Assembly: GCA_964016885.1 (NCBI GenBank)
Contig: OZ024753.1
Location: forward strand, 29,698,001 to 29,762,000
Length of the DNA stretch: 64,000 nt
Reading direction: 5' to 3'
From: Eledone cirrhosa
Lineage: Eukaryota
Shown here: in pieces, positions 1-10,577 of the stretch
How the letters are laid out: the number at the start of each line of letters is the position of its first letter
Position numbering within the stretch: position 1 is the stretch's first letter
Position numbers and translations under genes: made by a program
Notes under the pieces: generated by a model
The model's database searches: none
What the model saw: the letters and a program-made list of their open reading frames with translations, nothing else
Told to the model about the DNA's origin: nothing

Positions 1-350
1 AGCGTAAGCCAACTCGGATTTCCCACATCCTAGTTCGTGTGAGACGCCCCTCATCACCCCCAGTTTGTGCAGTAACGGCTCAAGAGCCAATACGTACAAG
101 AGGGACGAGAGGGGACAACCCTGGCGGACCGAGCGCATGATGCTGACCGGCTGTGACACGTGACCGTTCACCCTCGCAACTGAGCAGATGTCGCTGTACA
201 TCGCAGCGATCCAACCCCTGAAAACGGGCCCAAAACCGGCTGCCTCGAGGACTGCCATCAGGTACCGATGGTCGACCCTATCGAATGCTTTGGATTGATC
301 CAAGTTGATCAGGGTCCCGCCCGTGCCAGGTTCCTTAACAACCCTCCCTA
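1..350 (-). mobile_element. Tx1/L1-clade LINE reverse transcriptase fragment (continues off window)
   Basis: Minus-strand translation ..LINLDQSKAFDRVDHRYL..VNGHVS..RSVRQGCPLSSLLYVLALEPLL..LAYA(DD) matches RT motifs of L1/Tx1 ORF2. Confidence 0.9.
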
Positions 351-652
351 CGGTGTAATAATAATGACAACTATAATGACGGCAATAATAAAGGGGAGGG
401 GGGGGGGCAAAGGGAAAGAAAGAATAGGGAAATATAGAGAAAAAAGAGAGAAAGAAAGAAGAAAAGAACGGGAAGGAGGATGGCAAGAGCTCTGGTGTCG
501 CAGAAGAGAGGGGAGGGGTGATAGGGCTTTGGGCTCAAGGCAAGAGGACGGCAGAAGTGTTGCGCCCCACGTACAAGATGGCAAAAGCATTCCCGCGGAC
601 GATGGCCAGTGACACGTGCAGCAGTAGCCACCCAACCTCGCGGGGGTCCCTC
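351..652 (-). mobile_element. 3' end fragment of CRE-like (RLE) non-LTR retrotransposon
   Basis: Minus strand encodes EVGWLLLHVSLAIVRGNAFAIL, then a pyrimidine-rich 3'UTR and (TTA)-type tail; homologous to 6371-6720, 25390-25640 and the C-terminus of the 7243-7995 reading frame. Confidence 0.75.
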
Positions 653-1467
653 GAGTATCAGTTAAGAACTGGAGTCGATATCATCAACATTCCTCTTCCC
701 CTAAATTGCCGGCCTTGAGCCAAAATTAGAAATTGTTTTGATTAAACCGTCAATCTCTTTACATGGGTTTGTATCATTCAAGTTGTGCCAATTACAAACG
801 GGAGTTTCTACACATTACCAACAGCTGGCTTGTTACAGTGTATTACTGGTATTTTATTTTATCGATCTCGCAAGAATGAGAGGCAAAGCTAACCTTGGTG
901 GAATTAAAACTTAGAACGTAAAAGGCCGAAACTCTATACAGTAAAGCATATTGTCCGACGCTCTACCGATACTGCTAATCCACCGCCATGGAAAATAACG
1001 CCAGACTTATTATCTGCTGGCATGTATGTTTAGGTTTCATGACACCTCCACGCTATCATTTTATAAGGCAGGAGTAGAACCGTTAGAGCCTAGGTTCTCA
1101 ACCTGTTTTGCTCCATGCCTCCCCAAGACGTCCTGATTGTTCAACACCCACCCCTCCCTCCACACACGTTATATTACTGATATTTATATAAGTAGGCAAA
1201 TGAATACAAAAAGATTTATTTGGTTATTTTATGGTAAATGTACAGAAAATAAGTTAAACACTGCGGATTTGTGATAAACAGATTGTAATTGGGATCGAAA
1301 TGCTGTTTTTTTTTACTTTTAAAGACTTATACGCACTTCCCTTAGTAACAGGCAAAATGTTTTGAGCTATTTAAACCGTCTGTTTATGTTCTGAGTTCAA
1401 ATCCTACCGAGACTAGCTTTGCTTTCATCCTTTCGATAAAATAAAGTACCAATGAAATACTAGGAAC

Positions 1468-3416
1468 TGTAGCAGTTGTGACTCACAACCCCAATAGATT
1501 AACACCATCTAGACGGGAAGTAGAACCCTTTCTGTAACTTCCGGTCAGAACCCTATAAAACTAACAACTTTAAGTTCTCACTCTCTCATTTGCCCTTCCG
1601 GCGCCTGGCATTCGCCAGGCGTCTTCTGCCAACCTGCGTTTGCCTGGCAATCAAAACGGTAACTACTAACTTTGCTTCATTCTTTCGTTTATTCATTGAC
1701 ATGTCAACTATACTGTTAAATTGTTGATTAAATATTATACACACAAACCATGTCTCCTTGTTACATTCATACACACGAGATCTCCGCTATATTGGTAACC
1801 CTGACGTGATACGAACACGCAGCCGTTCATCGTTATAAGTGGTCACCCCAAAAAAAGAAAAAATAGCAGAATCTGGTGTTGTGTGAGTAACATTACGAAT
1901 ACACAGCAAATTTATTGACAAACTATGAAAATACTCAGTCAAAGAAACACACCACGCACATGTGAAATTCGCGTTCAGACAGACTTTTTCTCTCACGCAT
2001 CAACTAACTGTCGCATTTCACGATATATATATGTTTCTCGTTTCTTACAACGAACACTTTCAAAACAAAAAAAAAAAAAAAAGAAATTTGATATTTTTTT
2101 TAAAACATTTCAACAGGAACATTTATTTTCGATGAACCATTGCCTTTTGTTTTCATCGTTTTCTTCATCGTTCAAGTTTGTTTTTTTTCCCAAAGTTCAC
2201 ACCAATAATTATGCTAAGTGAAGCCTTTCTTTTTCATCATTGTCACTTTCACACTTGCACTATCATTTTCTCGCGCGGTAGAAATATTATTTTTTAAACC
2301 TAACTTAACCTTGTATTGGCACGTGTAGGTAGCACATATTCTCGACTCACAGAGATAGCCGCACGCCAGAGATAACGTTTCTCTCCAAGGATTCTTCAGC
2401 CTTAAGCTATATTCTCCTATTTGCCGGTTTAAAAATTTACCACGTAAATTTGCCGTTGAAAACTGCGCATTTATTCAGAATGCTTATTTCTTTGGTCGCT
2501 GGTCTCTTGACCCTTCCAGGTCAACGCATTCTCAATATCGACCATCAACTTCGGCTGTTATTTCTAGCACTTTGCGCAACTCATTTTTTCTGAAAAAAAT
2601 TTTTTTACTGTGAATTTAAACACCGAATACGCTCACTCCGAGAGAACAACATCAACAGCAACACAGCTTCACCAACAACCAAAACCAGCAGAACAAGCCA
2701 GAGAATTTATTTTTGCAGCACTCTTCCTGTGAGAAAATCCATTCGGAGGTTGGAAATTTCACGATATACCACAGAACAGAAACCACCTGCATTCATTCTC
2801 TGGAACACACTTTCTTTCCATGTGATTGCACACCTGTGAACTATATTTTGTACATTTGAACTTTGAGCTCTTCTCTTACTTTATTACATTGTATCTTTGG
2901 GTGATGGATAGATAGATGTCCAGTCGTTCTCTGGCCAAGAGCGGTTGGCTACCTTGACATCTATCATTGATTTTTGCAAACATTCTTTTGTCGTAATTTT
3001 CATGCCTGTTACAACATTCTCGCCAACTTTCTACATATTTCATTCGATTTTTATATTCTAAAATTCTGGCGGGAGGTTATGTAGCAGTTACCTCCCTTGT
3101 TGTGACTCACAACCCCAATAGATTAACAACATCTAGACGGGAAGTAGAACCCTTTCTGTAACTTCCGGTCAGAACCCTATAAAACTAACAACTTTAAGTT
3201 CTCACTCTCTCATTTGCCCTTCCGGCGCCTGGCATTCGCCAGGCGTCTTCTGCCAACCTGCGTTTGCCTGGCAATCAAAACGGTAACTACTAACTTTGCT
3301 TCATTCTTTCGTTTATTCATTGACATGTCAACTATACTGTTAAATTGTTGATTAAATATTATACACACAAACCATGTCTCTTTGTTACAAATCATACACA
3401 CGAGTTCTCCGCTATA
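1468..3416 (+). mobile_element. Non-autonomous LTR retrotransposon (Gypsy-like)
   Basis: Near-identical LTRs 1468-1791 and 3080-3416 (TGTAGC...GCTATA); 4-bp TSD GAAC at 1464-1467 and 3417-3420; PBS at 1793-1810; purine tract GGCGGGAGG just before the 3' LTR; no intact internal ORF. Confidence 0.9.
1793..1810 (+). other. Primer-binding site complementary to tRNA-Trp 3' end
   Basis: TGGTAACCCTGACGTGAT vs the classical tRNA-Trp PBS TGGTGACCCCGACGTGAT (16/18), one base after the 5' LTR. Confidence 0.85.
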
Positions 3417-3503
3417 GAACGATATAACCGACGGTTCCCACACCTGAATATCTCGTCTTGCGCTTATGTTAGAAACAATTATTAATATAAAAGATAAACT
3501 TAC

Positions 3504-3710
3504 CTGAGAATTTGGATAAATGACTACAGGCGGTTTATGCGCGTGTATTTTCATCACCATACCATTACATTTAGAGTATATGTTCTTAGGATGCAGAACG
3601 AGATGATTCTTGGGACACATATCAACGGCTTCATTGCTACGTGCAGACGTTTGAAGGACCAAGTATGAAAGCAATATTATAAATACATACAAAACACTCC
3701 GAAATAACAT
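3504..3710 (-). CDS. Exon 1 of a secreted protein, probably PEBP4-like (phosphatidylethanolamine-binding family); rest of gene likely left of window
   Basis: MLFRSVLYVFIILLSYLVLQTSA signal-peptide-like stretch, then C..L..P....C..PPVVIYPNSQ; ends at consensus donor CAG|GTAAGT (69 codons, phase 0). Family call is from recalled similarity to the PEBP4 N-terminus only. Confidence 0.65.
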
Positions 3711-3936
3711 AATTGCTTGGTTTTTGTTATTTTTCTTTCTTTACAATAAGTTTTATCTTTAAGTTGTGCTATGATCTGAATGTAGCTTTGACTGGCACTG
3801 TTGGTGGTGGTCTATGTTGAAATTTATGCTGTTTAGTGGCGAACGTTTGCTTATTTATATTTTTTTGTTAAATAAACATTGCACTGTTTTAAATATTTTC
3901 TTCCACGTAGAATCTTCATTGATTTTAAAATACAAT

Positions 3937-3950
3937 GTTACCATAGCAAC
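3937..3950. promoter_or_regulatory. RFX X-box motif
   Basis: GTTACCATAGCAAC fits GTYNCYATRGNAAC; about 230 nt upstream of the minus-strand ATG at 3710. Confidence 0.55.
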
Positions 3951-4357
3951 GGTATCCAGCTAACTTTTACTATTTAAATTATAAGATATTAGTGATAAAC
4001 TTTTACTATTCAGTTCGGTTTTAAACAATATAAAATATAGAAACCAGCAACTTAATTTATTATACATACGAGATGCATTATCAGCAGATTGACGAACGTA
4101 AAGTGAAGTGAAGTTAAGTTAAGTACTATACTTAAGGATCACAGCAATATTTGAATTTTCTTATCTTGAACTTCCATACACCTATATTCGGTCATTTCAT
4201 ATTTACTTACAACCGTATAACGGATTATGTATGTTTCTGCACTTCAACATATTTCTGTGCACGTCATACATAACCACACATATATATGTGTGCGTGTGTA
4301 AAATCCCGAACGCGGCGTCAAGCGGTTTCGGTTTGTGTGTTCAGCAATTCTTTTAAA

Positions 4358-4635
4358 GGCTTTGGCAGTATCGGTAGAGCGTCAGACACCATGCTCTGCA
4401 ACATAGATTTATGGTCCTTTACGTTCTGAGTTCAAATCCCGCCGGGTGAATTGGCAGTATCAATAGAGGGTCGGACGCCTTGCTTTGACGCATAGAGTTA
4501 CGGCCCTTGCCATTCTGAGTTCAAATCCCGCCGAGGTTAACTTTGCCTTTCATCCTTACGGGGGTCGATAAAATAAAGTACCAGTAATGTACTGCGTAAT
4601 TGCTGGCCTTGTGCAAAAAAGTCGAAACAATTATT
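4358..4635 (+). mobile_element. tRNA-derived SINE family A (duplicated head)
   Basis: A box TGGCAGTATCGG, B box GTTCAAATCC, body CTTTGCCTTTCATCC..GTCGATAAAATAAAGTACCAG; many dispersed copies in the window. Confidence 0.8.
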
Positions 4636-4826
4636 ATAGACATAATAACATTCTCAACTATTTACATATTTGATGGTACAGCAATAGCTCGCTTTCTATT
4701 GTTATTTATTTGAACAGAAATACATAATTTTTTACTAACAAAACTTTTAAATCATTCAACAAGATTCCACATTATTGGAGGGGCTTAAGCCCCAATTATA
4801 TACAATATATTAATAAATGGAAACTA

Positions 4827-4924
4827 TATTTATAAAACCATATTTATTTTATTATATATATTTCAAGGACAACCAAATTAGGGTGCGCTTTCATCAGATA
4901 AAATACAGATTTGTTTTATAAATA
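4827..4924 (-). ncRNA. Type I hammerhead ribozyme motif
   Basis: Reverse complement reads TATTTTAT-CTGATGA-stem II-GAAA-TATATA-TA-ATAAAATA with a distal stem I extension. Confidence 0.7.
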
Positions 4925-5164
4925 AATATTGACATACCCGGAAAAAAGACAACCTTAACGGTTGGAGCTTCCTGGATAGTGGAGATAATATTTTATTTAG
5001 GGTGATACAAAGTTTAAAACAGTTTAATTTAAATAAACCGTTATCTTTTCAACTTTTCGGACACTCATTTGCATACTCACTCATAACCCTCAATAAAATA
5101 TTATTTCCACTATCCAGGAAGCTCCAACCGTTAAGGTTGTCTTTTTTCCGGGTATGTCAATATT

Positions 5165-5267
5165 TATTTATAAAACAAATCTCTATTTTATCTGATGAAA
5201 ACGCACCATAATTTGCCTTGGTTGCCCTTGAAATATATATAATAAAATAAATATGGTTTTATAAATA
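5165..5267 (+). ncRNA. Type I hammerhead ribozyme motif
   Basis: Stem I 5184-5191/5242-5249; CTGATGA 5192-5198; imperfect stem II; GAAA 5230-5233; palindromic stem III ATATATAT; AUA cleavage triplet ending 5241; distal stem I 5165-5176/5256-5267. Confidence 0.72.
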
Positions 5268-5379
5268 TAGTTTCCATTTATTAATATATTGTGTATTTAC
5301 TCCAATAACAGTTGAGTGCTTTATATCAGTTATAAAAATGTTTAAGCTTGTTGAATCCCAACAAATTAAATATAACCTC

Positions 5380-5418
<39 letters not shown>

Positions 5419-5501
5419 TATATTATATTTTGAGAATAAACTCTCAGTCGTTTACAATAATCCAGCTCCAAGAAAAGGGGCATTTCCGAGCAGTTAAATA
5501 C

Positions 5502-5916
5502 ATTAAAATATATGATAAACACAAAACGTGTTTGCATTGTAACAGACAAAGTTAGCTATTAATGAAATAAACTAATTAAAGTGAATACAATTTGTCTGTC
5601 TCGATATAAGTCAATAAAGACAAGCTTATATTGGCAATGGCCATGGTTCCTGGACATATTAAAATTTCAAAATCCAAACCTGTTCCGTAGACGAATTTGA
5701 ACCTCGAAACCCAAATACGTTTCGTAAAGGTGGTACGTGAATTGAAAAATAAAGAGAATCGAAATGGAAATGAAATAAAAGGTGAAATATCCAAATCTTC
5801 TGTGCTTATCAACAGGAACCCAGTAAAATTAGTACATTTCACATCAAAAATTTAGCAGGTCATTAATAGCTAACTTTGTCTGTTACAATGCAAACACGTT
5901 TTGTGTTTATCATATA

Positions 5917-5923
<7 letters not shown>
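5502..5923 (+). mobile_element. Degenerate Penelope-like GIY-YIG 3' fragment with 64-bp inverted duplication
   Basis: Perfect inverted repeat 5502-5565/5860-5923. Frameshifted interior reads AYIG..KVVRELKNK..EIKGEI..INS*LCLLQCKH, resembling PLE endonuclease C-termini; followed by (TA)n. Confidence 0.45.
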
Positions 5924-5988
<65 letters not shown>

Positions 5989-6370
5989 GGGAGAATGTGT
6001 GTGTGTGTGTGTGATAGAGATGAAGTGAAAAAGAGATAGAGAGAAAGAATCGACCCCAGTACTGAACTACTTCGAAAAGAGGAAAAGCAAAGATGACTTC
6101 GACGGGTTTTGAACTCAGATAACAGAGAACCGGGACGAATACCGCCAAACATTGTACCCGACGTTTTAACAACTCTCACAATTCGCCGCCTGTCCTGGAA
6201 CCTTTAACAAATATAAAAGGAATAAATTAATAAATCAAACTAGAAGTTCAAAGAATTTCAAATGCCATTTGGTCATATCAATCTAAAATACCATTTTATT
6301 AGGTTGGTCTAAAATGCCAAAGGTCAGATCAATATACAATAATTGAATTAATATATTGTGTAAATACAAT

Positions 6371-6720
6371 TTAACAGAAAAAGAAAGAAAAATAGAGTGA
6401 GAAGAAAGAATGGAATGTAATATAAGAACATATATTTAAAAAAACGGAAAGGGAAAGGAAAGGCAAGGGCTCTAGAGTCACAGAAGAATGAGGAGGAGGG
6501 GGTGAGGTGGGTGATTGAGCTCTGAGCCTAGGGTGTAGCTTTAATAGGGCTGCGTCCCGCGGACAGGACCGCAAAAGCATTCCCGCAAACAATGGCCTAC
6601 GACACCCGCTGCAACAGCCACCCCACCTCGCGGGACTACTCCCTCAGACGGACCACCGGAGGAGCTCGGCAGAACGTGGTCTAAATACGCCTGAGGTCTC
6701 AAACGGCGATAGAAACAGAA
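6371..6720 (-). mobile_element. CRE-like LINE 3' fragment
   Basis: Minus strand: PFETSGVFRPRS..EVGWLLQRVS*AIVCGNAFAVL plus 3'UTR. Confidence 0.75.
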
Positions 6721-6916
6721 TTAATCAAACAGTCGGTCAATAACATTATTTTTTTATATCGTCAACAATGTGCGAATTAATTATTGAGAGTAAATGCTAT
6801 TGTTTATTGAAATAAGTGCGTGTATTCGAAAAGTAAATGGATAAACAACACAGGAAAACAATACAGTAGAATGAAGACATGTATTATTAGTTTAACGCTT
6901 GATATAGTAAGAAAAG

Positions 6917-6954
6917 AGTCTCAATGTTTCGGACGTTAGTCCTTCATCGGGAAA
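6917..6954 (-). ncRNA. Degenerate minimal hammerhead motif (PLE type)
   Basis: Reverse complement CCGATGA-AGGAC-TAAC-GTCC-GAAACATT; a homolog at 34494-34530 has CTGATGA and AACGTT. Confidence 0.45.
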
Positions 6955-7242
6955 TAGATTGAGAAATAAAAGAAGAAATAGAAAGAATGAGGAGGGTGAG
7001 AAGAGAAAGAAAAGGGTAAATGTTAAGGGAGAAAAAGCACATGTGTTTGGTAAGCTATTATATATATATATAATAGAGAGAAAGAGAGAGAGGGCGTGTG
7101 TGGAGTTATTCGTGTGGCGGACGTGACTTTTCTATCTAATGCCATGTTTAATGATGCCCACGCTGATGTATGTGTACATAAATATTTACACTCATTCACA
7201 CACATTTATCGTACACAAGTGACACAATAATGCACAATAATA

Positions 7243-8320
7243 AGTCAGAGAGCTTGGGACAGCATAAGTTCGAAGGCCACCTTCGACTCCCTCTTCGTCC
7301 AGGCAGATCAGTTTGCAAGGTGCCGCTTACTATCTACCAGCGCCAAATACTCAGGCGACTGGGTCGATGCCCTACCCGTGGCCAACGTTGGTGGCCTACT
7401 CAGCCTGGACGAACTTCGTGCCTCCATCGCCCTCAGAGTGGGAGCCGACGTCTGCATGGGTTTGAGGTGCCGATGCGGCAAACTCCTCGACTCTACAGGC
7501 CACCACGGTCTTTCTTGCCGCCTGAATGCCGGTCGCTTCGCGCGTCACACGGAGCTAAACCTCATTCTGAAGAGAGCTTTTTCCCGGGCGAATATCCCCT
7601 CAGTCTTGGAACCAGCTGGATTGTCCAGAAGTGACGGCAAAAAACCTGACGTTCTTACCCTGTGCCCCTGGTCGAGAGGCAGGTGCCTTGTCTGGGACGT
7701 CACTGTTAGTGACTCCTTTGCTCTTTCCCACATCCTGGGTGCTGCGGTTAGGACGAGAGCCACAGCTTCTGCAGCCGAGCGGAGTAAGACCCTCAAATAC
7801 TCTGCTCTGTCGGCCAGCTACATTTTTCAGCCTGTGGCTTTCGAGACGTTTGGGGGAGTCGGGCCGCTGACTGCGAGATTCCTTTCCTTACTGGCGGCTC
7901 GCCTAATAGAGGGTGCTTGGCTGTTTCAGCGCATCAGCCTCGCCATCACCCGATGCAACGCTGCGAGTGTGCTGGCTTGCCTCAAACATCATTAGTACTC
8001 GCGATGTTGCTGTCTTTTGCTCTGGTGTTGGCTCCGTTGTTCACCCTTTCTTTTACATTTTCTTTAATATTGTAGCATTGAAGGAATATATCTTTCGTTA
8101 TATGATCCTTTGTAGTGTTACCGAGGCATTTGTAATGATATTTATGTATATATTTAAAACATATTTGTTATGTTATTCTACTGTAAATTTATTTATATGC
8201 TCTGTTTATATTTTCATTCTGAAGGAACTTATCCACTTGTGTTGATATAAGTGATTTTATGACTTTCCTGTAAGCATTGTGTCATTATATATGTTATTAT
8301 AAACGTGAATAAATTAATAT
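7243..8320 (+). mobile_element. 5'-truncated CRE-like non-LTR retrotransposon (Zn knuckle + restriction-like endonuclease) with 3'UTR
   Basis: Frame 7246-7995: QRAWD..ARCRLL..SGDWVDALP..ALRVG..CRCG..DSTGHHGLSC..GRFARH..LEPAGLSRSDGKKPD..PWSRGRCLVWDVT..FQPVAFETFG..WLFQRISLAI..NAASVL. Confidence 0.88.
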
Positions 8321-9086
8321 ATAAATTTATTTATGTAAATGAAGTTTGGCAGCAAGGTATATCTAAAAATGAAGTGGGGAAATTGTGTTTCTATTTGTCA
8401 CTCTATTTTGATTTTCTTCGTGTCTACATCTATATTTAATTTTTAAAATAAATATGATGGTTTCCATGTTAATTTGTACAGTATATAAAGACAACATTTA
8501 TATAATAAAGAAAATAGAAAGGGGTTAGAAGATCCGCACATCACAAGAGAGGCTGGAGCCTCATTCTAATAATTATTTATTGATCAAAATAGTTATAATA
8601 AAAAATATAATAATATAATGCTTACAGAAGGAAAACACAAACACGTAATATATATAAACATAAACGCAAAAAGAGTGATAAAAAATATATAGTGAGATCT
8701 ACGATCGAAAGCATTTCCGCCGCCACCATTCTGCTTTTTATCAAGCATAGTTTACCCAGACTACATTATTCAATGTATCGTTCCATTTTTTAAGGAGTTT
8801 TTTGAGGAAAATTTAGCTGCTATTTCTACCAGATCGAGAAAGTACGTAAAGATTTCTCCTAGGATCGTTATTTTTTGTTATTTGACGTGGTGATCAAAGG
8901 GAGATGACTCTAGTTTGTTAAAATGCCGTATATTAAAAACAACACCGGTTAACACGCCAAGGACATTTTGTGTTTTGTAATATGTAAATTTTCACTATTT
9001 ATATTTCTCTCAAAATTATGCATTAACAGAAAATACTGTTTTCCTTTTATTTAACGGTCGAATATAGAATATGTTTAATTAAAATC

Positions 9087-9390
9087 ATGTTCCTGTCGCG
9101 GAAGTTACCACGTTGTATTTTGAACTTTCAACATCGGTTGTTTTCTAAATATTTAAATTACAATTTAGTTTCAAACAAACCCCAATGTCTATTTCGTGTT
9201 ACGAGTACTCCGAAGACGTCTCTAGACTTTTATCGGCCCCCTTGTCAACAATGTTATTGGATGGTTTTTGTGAAAACAATGGCTGGACATAGTAAATGGC
9301 AAAATATACGACACATCAAAGCCGCCAAAGACAAACAGAAATCTGATTTGGCCTTTAGATTTTCTCAAAAGATTCGAATCACCATTAAAG
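9087..9390 (+). CDS. TACO1: TACO1 (YebC/PmpR family, mitochondrial translation activator) exon 1
   Basis: Basic, acid-poor targeting-like N-terminus, then the hallmark MAGHSKWQNIRHIKAAKD; donor AAG|GTAGGT, phase 1. Confidence 0.93.
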
Positions 9391-10049
9391 GTAGGTGTCA
9401 TCATCATCATCATCATTATCATCATTTAACATCCATTTTCCACGTTAGCATGGGTAGGACGGACAGTCCCTTTGGGATAGATCAGGTCAGGGGACCTTGA
9501 TTTGCATATACGGAATATATAGAAGTGTCAATATAGAAGAATATCAAAGATATAATCGAGATTGTAAATAGTTGTCAGTCGATGGAAACAGCATTCTCCT
9601 GTTGCTATACCCTGTTCTTTTTCTGTTTTTCACTCATTTAACAGAACTAAAAAAGGAAACTATAAAGTCTTTTATTCACGGTTGTATAATGATATAATGC
9701 TTACAGAACAAAAACACAAACACAGCTAACCCTTTTAGTCGCTTCTTACAATACGCAGAGAGATAGTGTATCTATTTTATTCTTCACATTCTATCATGAT
9801 AATGTTTACACGCAGCTAGATGTTCTTGCTAATTCAACTACTTCATGGCATGTACTGGCTGCATTTTATTATGGCACTGCCACTACCATCTAACAGGGCG
9901 AACTGAGTGCTTTTATCATGGTAGCAGAACGATCACTTTACAGAGTGGATTGGGTGCATTTATTGTGGCACACTACCAATTTACAGTGTGGGCTGAGTGC
10001 ATTTTATTGGATCACTATATATATATATATATATATAGAAAAAAATCAT

Positions 10050-10577
10050 AAAACAGCACAGCTCCCATGACTTTTGGAAACATTTTTTCACATTCAGAGC
10101 TCCTGAAGCATGGAAAAAACTACCTGCATCAGTTGTTAGTTGTCGGGACACTGCATCCTTCAATACTTCCATGTTTCCTGACATCCGCCAACACTAAACC
10201 TGATATTCCCCTATCTACATACACTCGCATATATATTGTGACTCATATACTGTTCACTTTCCTGACATTTGTACATTATTCTACAGTTACTTCGGTTTTA
10301 AACTAAATATATTGTTAGATAAACATGTTGTTCATTGATTTCTTTATTATTGTACACTGTAATACAAATGCCTAACAAACAAGCAACTAACAGTGTAAAA
10401 ACCAAAATTGGGTGCTTACTTTTGATCTACCCTATAATAACAATAATGAAAATTATTGTGTAAAGTGCTCAGGTGCACTACAAGTCATCAAAGGTGAATG
10501 TATATTAATACATTCTCCTTTGATGAGTTGTAGTGCACCTGAGCACTTTACACAATAATTTTCATTATTGTTATTAT
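10050..10577 (+). mobile_element. CR1/L2-like LINE 3' end interrupted by an inverted duplication
   Basis: FFTFRAPEAWKKLPASVVSCRDTASF motif and 3'UTR ..GTTGTAGTGCACCTGAGCAC..(ATT)n; homologous to 20874-21200 and 42628-42810. Confidence 0.75.

Larger units (their letters stand above)
4799..5360. mobile_element. Fold-back Penelope-like element remnant with two inverted hammerhead-bearing arms
   Basis: About 4799-5004 is the reverse complement of about 5084-5295; ends next to a (TA)n tract; homologous to 27875-28326 and 35056-35238. Confidence 0.7.

Noticed and set aside
268-718. Overlapping ORFs at the window start
   Set aside because: Antisense or alternative frames of LINE fragments and their purine-rich UTR.
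3210-3710. 166-aa ORF as a single-exon gene
   Set aside because: It reads through a consensus donor at 3503 into intron and antisense LTR sequence; the same tail recurs at 1586-1774 because it is LTR.
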